A DNA stretch of 64,000 nucleotides. Source: Squalus acanthias (Eukaryota). Under the pieces are notes generated by a model that was not told the origin of the DNA, ran no database searches, and saw nothing but the letters and a program-made list of their open reading frames with translations. The position numbers and the translations under genes are program-made. The DNA lies in contig CM059434.1 in assembly GCA_030390025.1 (NCBI GenBank), positions 127,286,001 to 127,350,000 of the forward strand. The letters run 5' to 3'. Below, in pieces: positions 52,874-64,000 of this stretch (its first letter is position 1; every line of letters starts with the position of its first letter).

Positions 52874-53115
52874 TCTTTTTTGTTGCATTTGTACTGCCTT
52901 TAAAAGGATTTCTTGTTCCCCCCCCCCCCCCCTCCTTTTTAAGAAGCAGGGTATGGAGCTGTGGTTGAGCATTGTTACAGAATGGAATTAAGGCTAGTTA
53001 GCCTAATAGGATTCCATTTATTATGAGCTTGATATTATACATTTTTACTACTGTCATTTATTCCAGTTGCTTGACTTTATGCATTTGTAACTAATTTGTT
53101 ACTTTTATTCTTAAG

Positions 53116-53170
53116 TTTCAGTTACTGGCTCAGGCACTCTTCAAGTCCAGTTCGGATTTCATCCCATTAG
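53116..53170 (+). CDS. MKLN1: Muskelin small coding exon, 55 nt, phase 0-1
   Basis: ttcttaag|TTT CAG...TTA G|gtaagt; FQLLAQALFKSSSDFIPL(G); frame fits both neighbours. Confidence 0.92.
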
Positions 53171-53239
53171 GTAAGTGTTCTTAAAATGCTTACATATCCA
53201 ATATTGATCGTCTGCTTTGCAAACTGCTTTAATAATTTG

Positions 53240-53475
53240 AACAGAGTGGTGAGAATGTGGAACTCGCTACCGCGTGGAGTGGTTGAGGTGAATAGCATAG
53301 ATGCATTTAAGGGGAAGCTAGGTAAGTACACGAGGCAGAAGGGAATGCAAGGATATGTTGATTGGGTGAGATGGCGTAAGGTGGGTGGAGGCTCGTGTGG
53401 AGCATAAATATCAGCACAGACCCGTTGAGTCCAAATGGCCGGTTTCTGTGCTGTAAAATTGTATGTATTCTATGT
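53240..53475 (+). mobile_element. CR1 3' end fragment
   Basis: RVVRMWNSLPRGVVEVNSIDAFKGKL followed by a tail. Confidence 0.75.
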
Positions 53476-54713
53476 CTACTGGATAAATTGCTGTTCAGGT
53501 GGTTTTGGAACAAAGTTTAAACCTGTTTATATAATCTGAGAGCCTGTGTGTGGGTAGTCAAGTTCCAGGGTTCTGACAAAAGGTCATCAAGCTGAAACTA
53601 CTGTCCTCCCTCCACAGATGCTAGCTGACCTGAGTGTTTCCAGCATTTTCTGTTATTCCAGTTAATGCCACAGTGCAAAAGTGGATCGAGTACGAGAGTT
53701 GTCATGAGTATTGCACGTGTTCACGACTTCAGCTGTTCATTTGCTGCCTTTGCACGTGATTAGACTTTTCAACTTGAGCTGCTGTGACAGTTAGGATGTG
53801 GCCCACAATTTTTTTGTTTTGCTTTCTTTAGGGAAGGAAGGTGGTGTAGGACTAAGCCAATAATTGTTTTTTGGCCTGCTCATTTGCAAACGATTTCTGC
53901 ACTCCTGACACACTGCTTATTGTGCGTCAGTGGAATGAATGCATTCCTAATTGAAGAATTGTGCTTTATTCAGAAGCTCAATGTGACTAAAACCTACAGG
54001 TGTGACAGAAGGTTCATTTGGAAGTTCAGGGGCCTAGATAAACAGCTTAACTAGGTCTTAATCGTTTATTGCACAGCATAGACACGATGGGCTGAATGGC
54101 TCCTTCTGTGCTGATTCTTGAACTTGCTATGGGTAAATGGATTTTTTTTTTCAAACCGATCATGTTTTCAATTTTCTTTTTCAGCTGTAGAATTTGAACA
54201 ATTGCACTATATTCCCAAATAATTTGAAGAAAATTATAACTTTTGAGTGCAGGTGGCGGGCAGGATATATTGGAACCAGGAATGTGCTGCTTTGCAAAGC
54301 AGGTTCACTGAGCTTTCCTCCACAGGAGGCAGGGAGGGGAATGTGGCAGCAGTCGCTCATAGGCTGCTGTCATTCTGATCTCTTGGAGACCAATTTGGCA
54401 CAACATTGGCTTTAGGCCTTAGAGCTAATGGCCCACAGTTGCTTTGGGGCCTGAAGGAATTTAGCTGAAAGACCAAAATAAGTAGGTTAAAAAATGTATT
54501 GGAGAATGGGTTTTGCTGTACTGTTGACTTTTAATTTGATGGAGCTATTTATAGAAAGGGTGTGGGATGTGGCTTCCATTCAGTTAGTTAGGAGTTTCAT
54601 TGTGAGTTTCAGCTGAATGGGATTTTACTGTGATTTATTACAAGCTTTTCTAATGAGCTGTAACATTACTCCTTTTAAAATTTTAAAACATAATGTCCTC
54701 TTTTAAACATATA

Positions 54714-55586
54714 GGGGGAAAAATTCAGTATTGCCCCATTTGGGGCGCAATTATTGGCCGGGCGCAAAGATTATCGCCTCCGACTGCAAACTTGGCTTTT
54801 ATCGCCCCTGGAGGTGATTGGAGCGCTAAATCAGGTGCTTCACACCTGTCTTAAGGCGCAAAGGCCGAGGAGCGAGGCGCTACCTCAGAGCGCTGGCGAA
54901 GCTCATGTGATGTCAGTCAGCAATGGAACAAAGACACACTGGCGCCAGCCAGTTCTTAAAGGGGAGGGTTGATCTTGTTCTCCATCCACATCCTGCTTAT
55001 TGCAGCCTTGAATCTCGGCCTGGAGAGACCTGTACATCAAATCTGCTGGAAAGAACAATGGAGAGAAATGGAAAGAGCTCAGAGTGCAGCCCCCACAGTC
55101 TCTTCTAAATAGATGCAAGGAAGGGCAAATCAAAATGAACCTGCAAAGTGCTGCTCAGTACCCAAAACTCCTTCACACAGCGTTGAATCTCCCCAGAAGT
55201 CTGTCTGTCTCTCTCTCTCTCTTTCTCAGAATGCGTGGTGCAAAAATGTCACCAACAAAAAAAGGCAGGAAGCGTTCGCCTTTAAATCGCGCTCCCCCAG
55301 GCCCTTCCTGACTGCAAAACGCTCCCCTCAACCTGTCGTTGCTAGCGGCAGGCGGTAAGGCAGGGGGCGCCACTCCATATCCGCACCGGGGCGCTGCGTA
55401 CTCGACTGACGTCACGATCTGCTGGCGCAGGAGATCGTGGCGCTAGTGTTTAGTGCAGCCGCAAAATGTCTAGTTAATTTCGCGAGCGGCGCAAACATCG
55501 CCGCGCCCGGGCGCTAGTTGCTTTGCGCCCCATTAGCGCCCTCTTAAGGCGCTAACGGGAGGCGCAACCAACTGAATTTTTCCCCC
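54714..55586. mobile_element. CpG-rich non-autonomous DNA transposon (Harbinger-like)
   Basis: Perfect 16-bp TIR gggggaaaaattcagt/actgaatttttccccc with ata on both flanks (3-bp TSD). Confidence 0.8.
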
Positions 55587-55839
55587 ATAATGTCCTCTAG
55601 TTGGTTGGAGTCCATAAACGGTACACTGGGGGCAGCAATAACATCCGGGAATGTCAGTAATGTAGCCTATGGAGAACGGGGCTGATATTTAGTCCTGTTC
55701 GGTAGCGCAATTTTGTTGAATCCGTACCTTTCCCATGGCCCAAATTCTATCTAAAGTGATGTTAAATGCCTCTCTTTGGAGTCATATGCTGTATTTCTCC
55801 AGTGCCATTATTTCTCGCTCTATAAGCATCACAGAATGA

Positions 55840-56004
<165 letters not shown>

Positions 56005-56287
56005 CTGGACAGCAATTGATGGATTCTGGCTGAAGAGAAAGTGAATCACAAATCTGATCTCCCCGTTTTATACGGGTTAGATTGGCTTATGATTTTGGCT
56101 GGCAAAGATGGTTTATGTAATACATCACCTTTCATCTAGTTTTGATTTGAGTGTCCAATTTCAGTGCTGTTTCCGTACAGACTATAAAACTGGGTTGGAA
56201 CAGATGACAGCTTTGTGAATATGGGTTTGCTTCCCATTGTGTGTTAAGTCCTTTGCTGCATTGGTAAATATTTAAAACTATTTTGAG

Positions 56288-56300
56288 ATTAAATAATAAA
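56288..56300 (+). promoter_or_regulatory. Candidate proximal polyadenylation signal (ATTAAA plus AATAAA) of MKLN1
   Basis: attaaataataaa about 290 nt after the stop; usage not demonstrable from sequence. Confidence 0.4.
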
Positions 56301-59300
56301 TCCTGCCATCAGAGTGTCCATATAAACACGCAGTTGATGTTCTTCATGTCTAGGCTGCTTCCCGGAATAATGCTGCAGTGATCTAGACTGACTTTCATCA
56401 GTATTTCGGTCCACTTTGATGTCCATTTATCAGTCCAGTAGTCCACACACCCTTGACATCACATTAAGGTGTTGTTTCATGTCTGCTGTTCCTATTCTCT
56501 TTGGCCTCTTTAGCAATATTAATAACTGCTTTGAAAAGCTGCACCTACACTTTTGACATCAAATGAATTCGAGTGCTGTGCATCATGTCCAATGATTGCA
56601 ATGTTATGCAGTGCCCTGTGGGGCTGCCGACTCCGGAATTCTCAGCGGGCGGAGTCGATTTGCTGCCATTTTTACTCCAGAATCGATCGGTTCTACCGTT
56701 AATTTACTTCCTGCACTTCAAAGTTGCAGTCCTATTGTAAATGGGGCTAACTTTAATCTTCACATTTCCCTCTTTTTTTTGATGGCGTGGCCAAACCAAA
56801 ATCCAGCGTTCAGGCTATCTGCTGCTGAGCTGGCTGTTTTAAAGGTATGAAAGATCCAGCATGGTCTTTTCCTCTTGGGGACAAGATTATTCCAACACAA
56901 CAATTGCTATCAAAAATTGTAGTTATCAGCAATTTGCCTTTCTATTGCAGCTGGCCCCCAGAGCGTGATGCACGGATGGCCAGTTTACAAAGCCCGCTTT
57001 TAAGTAGAATTACCTGGAAAGCGCAGTGCGTCAGTTTTTGTTTTTTGAGGCGAGACCGTTCTCACTCTTTGCAATGACTGATTTCACCTCTTGGTTGTGA
57101 TGTAGGCTGCAGAAAAATGGGTGGCAATGATCGCCTTCAGTCTCTGGGTTTGGAGGTGCGTACTGAGTCTGGGAACATGCTTATGAAGAGGCCTGTTTTA
57201 TGGCAGAAATTCAGTGGTAGAGTGCATTTCCCCGCTACAAGCCAGGACGCATGTCTTCTACATTGTCCATTTTTATCCAAATTGAACAAAAATGCTAGAT
57301 GTTTTCTCTAAAACGACGACAAAATCCTCTGACTTTATTTGTTAAATAATAGGCAATATTGATCAAACGTGCGCGATATGTGGACAACTGTCAATTTGCC
57401 TGTGTTCCTGAAATGGTTGCCTCCAAGCTGCGGAGGTTCTGGCTTGGGATACTTTCTGCACTTGGTTCTTAGCTTCCATTGATAGTAAAGGAGTCCAGAC
57501 CTCAGTCATTTCTTGCATCTTGTGTTCTTTTTCATCATCTCAATGATGTCAGTCATGTTGAGTAACGTTTAGTCATCAGTTGTAACATAATTTCTTGGAA
57601 CATGTAAAGCTGATGCCTTGAAGTAAGTGCTTTTTAAAAAAAAAACAATTCCAGCTCAGCTGCCAAAGATAGTGATACAGTAAAGTGTGCCGATGGGAAA
57701 TACATGTCTGAAACTGTGTCTAGGAAATGAGGACCTTGTCACAGTATTTTAATTTTTGATAAGTTTCTCAGATAAACTATTTTAACTCTTTCACATCTTT
57801 AAGAATCTGAACAAATTATTGTAATTGCTGTAAAGGAAATTGTGAAAGATTTTTTTTGCACTGATGCAGGTTTCTAAATTGTACTGCTTTGTACAATAAT
57901 TATCTATGTATTTTTAATCCATTGGCCCCCTTCGATTTAAATTCCACATACAGTGATCTTGTGTGTAGGATGGTAACAGCAAAGGTGTTAAACGGCCACT
58001 GCTAGTCAGCAGTGACTAACTTAAAGGCTTTCACTTGTCTTAGAAATGCACGTGATTGCAGTGCTTTACCTCAGTGATTGGATTGTTCTCTTTATGCTGC
58101 TTATGTGCTAGACTACTAGAGGCAAAGTCCCTTCATTTTTTTCCCCCCCCTGTAGAAGTAAATTTTTAATTTGTTTTTCACGAATGGCACCAACATACTC
58201 TCTATCAAGTCCTAGAAAGAGTATCTTTTATTAAAAAATCGAGTTGAATGAAGATTTTTCTCCCTTGCTGCATTCATGCCTCTGCCGAACATCTCGCACC
58301 TCTGTGAAAATTCTGATTTCCTTCTGTAGATGGGAAGACTGTTAGTGAGTCAGGATTTTGTTAGCGTTGCTGCTGGTGGCTGCCCTCATTTATTTAGAGA
58401 TGGCCCTGCAGATATTAAGTTTGCTTCATTTTGATAGATTCTTCAGTCTCATAACTACAGACACTTGGTGTATGAGATTGCCCTTGTGGTTTTTTGGAGA
58501 AGAGGGAGGAGTGTTGAAGAGTAGAATTAAAAGAACATCTTCCCCAGTAGTGTGTATATAATGTGTTTAAGGTACAAGGCAAAATCTGTGTTGGGCAAGC
58601 CTGTTGCTCAAATGTTGCCATCTCCCAACGTGTAAAATGGACCGTTTGCTGTATGTACCAAGTAATCAGTGCACCTCTTGTGCTACCAGGTATTCAGTGA
58701 ATCCTTTACGACACCAGATATTCCCATACCCCCCCCCCCACCTACCAAGTAATACTGGTAGGAATTCAATCAAGGGAAGTTTTATAAAATTGAAACTTGT
58801 AATCTCTGCTGTCGCAAAGAGGCAAATAATTTTCACTCATTACTGAGCAGATCCCATTCAGAATCATAGTTTTCACAACTGGTCAACTTAACCAAACCTG
58901 GTAGTTTTGCATTGAGGTCACTTTTAATTGATGACCAACCTGACCTGATGGCCTTGGTCAGGACAGTTGGAAATACAGACATGAAGAAAACATTCACTTT
59001 ATTCAGTCGGTCCTATTTAAAACCGTGTAAAGATGACACCAGCAAGTACTACGCAGAATTTAAAAACCTTGCTGACACTCCAGATGTCATAACCTTTTGT
59101 GAAGGTGCACCTTCTGCACCAGATTCCATGGTTTAAAAATCTACCTGCAGATCGTGGGGTGTTCAAGAATTGTACCCAACAAAAGCTCAGTCCAAATGTT
59201 TCATATACACTGTTCTACTGTTTAATATATGGAGGAGTGTTGTAACTCAAACTATGTTTCAGCAAGCCCCCTTTGTCCCTGTCGGCTAATGCTCTTGTTG

Positions 59301-60944
59301 ATGTGGTCTCGCATCGTCATTGTGTATTTATAAAATTGGGGGCGGGGGCTGGAAAGTGTCATAGCAAAAACTGGCAAGCCTTAATGATCAGAACAAAATC
59401 ACTGATAACCAAAGAAAAGTTAAAACATCCTGTATAATCGTGGTGACTTCTCATGGAAAGAAAAGAAAAAGCTTGCATTTGTATAATGCCTTTTGCAACC
59501 TCGGGTAGTCACAAAGTGCTTCACAGCCGAATTGGGATGGCGGGGGCATGAACCATTCCCTCTGAACTTCAGCTTTGTTTAATAAAAGAAAGTGCTGAGA
59601 GCGCAGAACCAGTCGGTCAACATCTGAAAAGATAAAGATTGGTTAAAGTATCTGACGAAACGTCGCACCCAAAACATTAACCTGTCTTTTTCTCTTGTCG
59701 GCTGAACTGCTATTTTTGTATTACTGATTTCCAACCATGTCTTTTTAACTGTTCAGTTTTATGCTATTTTCTGAAGTACCGCAAACTACGTACTGCTTGT
59801 AAAGCACAGAAGACTGACCATAATCTGGTATAATTTAGCACTAAGCATCCATATAGTAAATTAATGGAAAATACAAATGATTAATATGGCAGGTGTTTCT
59901 GTATTATAGTTGTTTGACTTGTGACCCAAATAGTTACATGGCAATATCTGATGCATTGAGTTCACTCCTATTCGGCTGGAGTGTATTTAAGGCAGGCAGC
60001 TTGCAGCTGTTTTTATCGCTAAGAAATATCACTTACTCTCGCTGACTGATTTTGTCTAGTTGATGTTTTAATTAACTAGCTGAAACAAAATAAGAGCAAA
60101 ATTTGTCAACTTTTGAAGTGTAGAACAAGCCTGGAATTATTTTATAATTGGAGGAAAAATACAAATGCACAGGTCAGATTTTGGCATATTAAATTACTTT
60201 GGCCTGGCTCAGCTCTAAAACTGTCAATAACTGGCTCTGAGCACTATACAGCTTGAATCATTTTTCTCTGTAGGATCAGACCTCCTGCCTAGATTTACAG
60301 CTTAATAATGCATTGTTCTCCTTAATAGTTAGAATTGAAGCAATGCATAATAGGAATTTTTTTTTTTTTTTAGAAGTTCCTGAATTTTTTTTTTAAAGTT
60401 CACAAACCATCAAATGTTTGCATCTGCAGAAAGTGGTTTCACCCTTTTTTTTTAGTATATAAAAGCCAGTGTCTCAAGACTAGGTTATGGGATCTTGTGA
60501 ATACCCAGAGGAAGTGATTTGACATGGTGAGACAGCCCATTATAAATCTCACAAGCATCTGTAATTGCCTTGTGTAACGCGATTTGCAGCTCAAATACCA
60601 CAGTTTTAGATTAATGATCCTGGTGGTATGAAAACTGACTCTTACCGAGGGGGGAATCTGAGTGATAAATCGGTTGCTGCGCCAGATCACTTGCTCTTCT
60701 AATACCTGGGAGATTACTAAATATTGAATTTTGGATAGCAGTTTGGTAATCAGTTCTGCATTGTGTTTCGGGGTTGATCACCAGGTGCATCAGTTTACTG
60801 TGCGCTATCTGATTGGAAGCAGGGTAGCTTTTACTCTGCTACATGCACATCTTTCTCTCTCGATGCTCTTGACCACTTCTGGTTATATTATTGTGGGCAG
60901 ATTAGGAAGTCACATTGTTAGTAATCTGGCTAACATTGAGTATT

Positions 60945-61120
60945 GCCTTGGCCAACATTTCTCCCTGATCATTCATTCTGTCATTGTTTATGGGACCTTG
61001 CTATGTGCAAATTGGCTGTTGTGTTTGTCTGTGTAACATTAACTGCACTTCCAAAAGTAATTGATTGTAAAGCACTTTGGGACGTCCTGATCAGGTACTA
61101 TATAAGTGTTTTGCTTTCTT
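60945..61120 (+). mobile_element. Deu SINE 3' part
   Basis: tgggaccttgctatgtgcaaattggctg...aaagcactttgggacgtcctga. Confidence 0.62.
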
Positions 61121-64000
61121 TAACTAGTTAGCCAACATTTAAAGGAGAAGGATAGCCCGTTACATTTTATTTTAAATGCGCTCTCAAGTCTTAAATTTGT
61201 TTGAGGTTTGTTGGAACAATGTCCTTCATCCTAATGGACCACAAGGATGGCTCATGGAAACGTATTCTTTAAGTGGAGTTGGCTATTCTTAGTTTTGAGG
61301 TTCATTGAATAACATTGCCCAGAATTTGTCACTAATTGATGCTAAATTGGCATCTCTCGAAGATCACTTGGGGAAATGGGAAAGTTCAGTAGAGTTTAAA
61401 GCTGTGTGGTGGAGTATTTCAGTGTATTGTGGGGCACTGTAGAGGAAACTACAGTCTGCACTTAATGTTAACCCATTCTTTGAGAGCTTTTTGATCCTTT
61501 TTCCGAAACATCTTTGCGCCTAATTTGCATAAACTCATATTTTTGGATGGGGAAGGAGAGAAATGCTGTTGTTTAAACCAGGTTAGCTGAAATGCTAATA
61601 CATGGAGGCTAGATTTGGAAGGTGAAAACTGAACGTATAGGTCAGGTTCGAGGAGCTGAGTGGCCCACGTATGTAAAGAGCATGGTTAGGCAGAGGCCAA
61701 GAAGGGTGGTTGAGAGCAGGTTATTGGCCTGCTGTAAGAAGCAGCTCAATGCTGGAAGGGGAAGCTGGTGGAATTGGTATTCTGGAAAGAGATAGTCTTT
61801 AGATGGTGGACTTTTATTTTTAATTGTGCTTATCCAACATATTGGAATAAACCAGGTTTGACCGTTTGGTTAAAAACTAGCATGGAAAAGAAGAATGGAA
61901 AAAGGTGTGAAACAGGATGGATGATAAACAAAATAAAAACCAAAGCAAAATTCGGATTGAAACGCACGCTGTGTTAAAGAAAAACTGAAAAGAGGAGCCG
62001 TTTCAAGTTCCAATTCCCAATAGTAGCTCTTAGTTGAGCGATCCTAAAAAAAAAAATTCCTGTTAAAAGCCAAGTTTGAAGCAGGAGTGTAATCTGAAGA
62101 GATTGGATTAGTTTTATACCTCCTCGTAGTCAAAGGATGTCTGTGACCCTTTAAAAATGAAAATAACTATGAAAGTGGTATTAAATGAATTGGAGATGTG
62201 TTGAATTGGGTGAATGCAATGGGAATGGAAATCCCTTCAAGCCCTGAAATTGGTCTATTCCTTCCTGCAAAGTAAGTTAGTGTTTACAATACTTTTGGAC
62301 CCAATTTGGTGTAAGGACAGTACAGCGCTGCATGTTTTCAGTACAGCAAGAATTGATGTATTGTCATTTTCTGTGTTTACATTTAAAAAATAGATTCCTT
62401 GTTTATTGTATAGGAGGTGACATTTATCAAAGCCCAAAAAATGTATTAAGTTGCTTAGGTAGGGAAAAACATATTCAATATAAATATTGCTTAACTGTAA
62501 TTGTAAGTTTCTAACTGCACTGCCTTGCAGGACAAATTGAACCATAAGACGCTGGACTTGTATCAGTCGTCCAAATCCCATAGAATAAATCAAGTAACGT
62601 ATTCCTCACGCTATCCTTTCCAACATTATTGAAAGGTGTTTGTCTTTAGTGGGCACTGTTGGTAAGGTGGGGGTATCTAAAGCCAAAAAAGGTCTTTGTA
62701 TTTCTGAACATGTCTTGTGTTGTTTTTTGGTGTTGCCGTTTAAGAAGTGGCACAGTGGATCAGCACACCTGTACTTTCACCTCCTGGGACCTGAATTGAA
62801 AGCCCAGACCGATGGAATTGTCACATCAATTCTGACTGAGTGTTTGGTTCACAGCACAAAGTTGCCCCTAACTTGGTCATCTCTAGCAGTGGCCACGAGG
62901 ATAACTAATGTGGGGAAAGGTCACACTGCAGTGGGGTGATTTCTGAAGCTAAGATGAGAGACATGAGGTAGAGCAGAGGGAGCTTTACTGTGTAGCGGGC
63001 TGTGCTGTACTTGACGTCGTGGTGCCGGAAATGTCCAGTACTGCTAATGTCTTGAGCACAACAGTTCGTCATGATATTAAAAGGAAGAATATGTTGATTT
63101 AGAGTTTTAATTTTGTAAACATAGAAAGTGATACTAGATCAGCTCCATTGTTCAGTGTTGAATTGTTCTGCCTTCTACTCTGAACGGAGGGGTGGGTTCC
63201 CACCCAACGCTGTTGCTGGCCAAATTAGTTCCCGCCTTCCCATTAACACCGCTGACGAGGGCAGAGGTCAACCAAGTGTCCAGATTAAAGAAAACAACCA
63301 ATGCTGGAGATTGGAAACAAAAACAGAAAATGCATTGGTTAATGTTGAGAGCACAAACCCTGCATCACTTAATACACACATTCCGATGAAGGGCCCTTAT
63401 CCAGACGTTAACGTGTCTTTCCTCTTGAAACTACTATATTTCCACCACCTATGTTTTTCAACTGTGTGTAATTGGGATATACAAAGAATGTAAAAACTCA
63501 GTAACCAGGTGAAAAGGAAAATGCACCATTTGGGGGGTTTAAAAGCTAGACATTAATTTTTAGCCCCTTGACGGAAAGAGCTGTTTTTTTTAATGGCAAA
63601 CGCCTCGTCCATGGCACTTGCTAGTAAACGTAATGAGGACTGTAGTTGTGAGTTTGTAAGTCCAAAATACAGCAAGTTCCTCTCCCTGTAACATTAATAT
63701 TATTATAACGGGTATTGTATAGCTTCCCAATGCACAAGATGCATATATTACTTTTCAGTATAACCGGGTTTTGGAGGTTATTTTACAGCTTAGAGCCTGA
63801 TCAAGCAGATTAGTTGCATTAATAAAAATTCTCTTTGAAAAAGGATTACATAATGTCTGATATCCCCTGTTCAGCCAAATGCATTTTCTGGAACTCTGCC
63901 TTTGCTCAGACTTGGTAAATAATCTACATTTTCTAGTGCGCATTCAGCTTTTATATAAGGTTACAAAGTAAATTCGTTGCAGGTTAATAATTCCACCTTT

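Noticed and set aside
58912-59136. 74-aa ORF with protein-like composition in the presumed 3' UTR
   Set aside because: Non-ATG start, no recognisable homology and no convincing splice sites.

Overview
Vertebrate genomic DNA, most likely a cartilaginous fish (HE1/V-SINE, Deu-domain SINEs and HER1-type CR1 tails). The window holds the 3' half of the muskelin gene (MKLN1) on the + strand: nine coding exons with GT-AG ends and consistent phases, from the kelch repeats to the TAG stop at 56002-56004, followed by a TE-poor probable long 3' UTR. The introns are full of CR1, L2 and RTE LINE fragments, SINEs and MITEs. The most unusual structure is a ~1.85-kb nearly spacerless palindrome (31371-33220) made of two copies of a Penelope-like (GIY-YIG) element 3' end. 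It has a target-site duplication, and each arm carries a minimal hammerhead ribozyme. It sits inside a short templated inverted duplication whose donor copy preserves the empty site. A ~200-bp miniature of the same architecture lies at 52677-52873, with covarying ribozyme stems. Intact ribozyme cores are antisense to MKLN1 or can be masked by a duplex, while the free sense copies are mutated. Repeat family names and protein comparisons come from recall, not searches, and the edges of old repeats are approximate.
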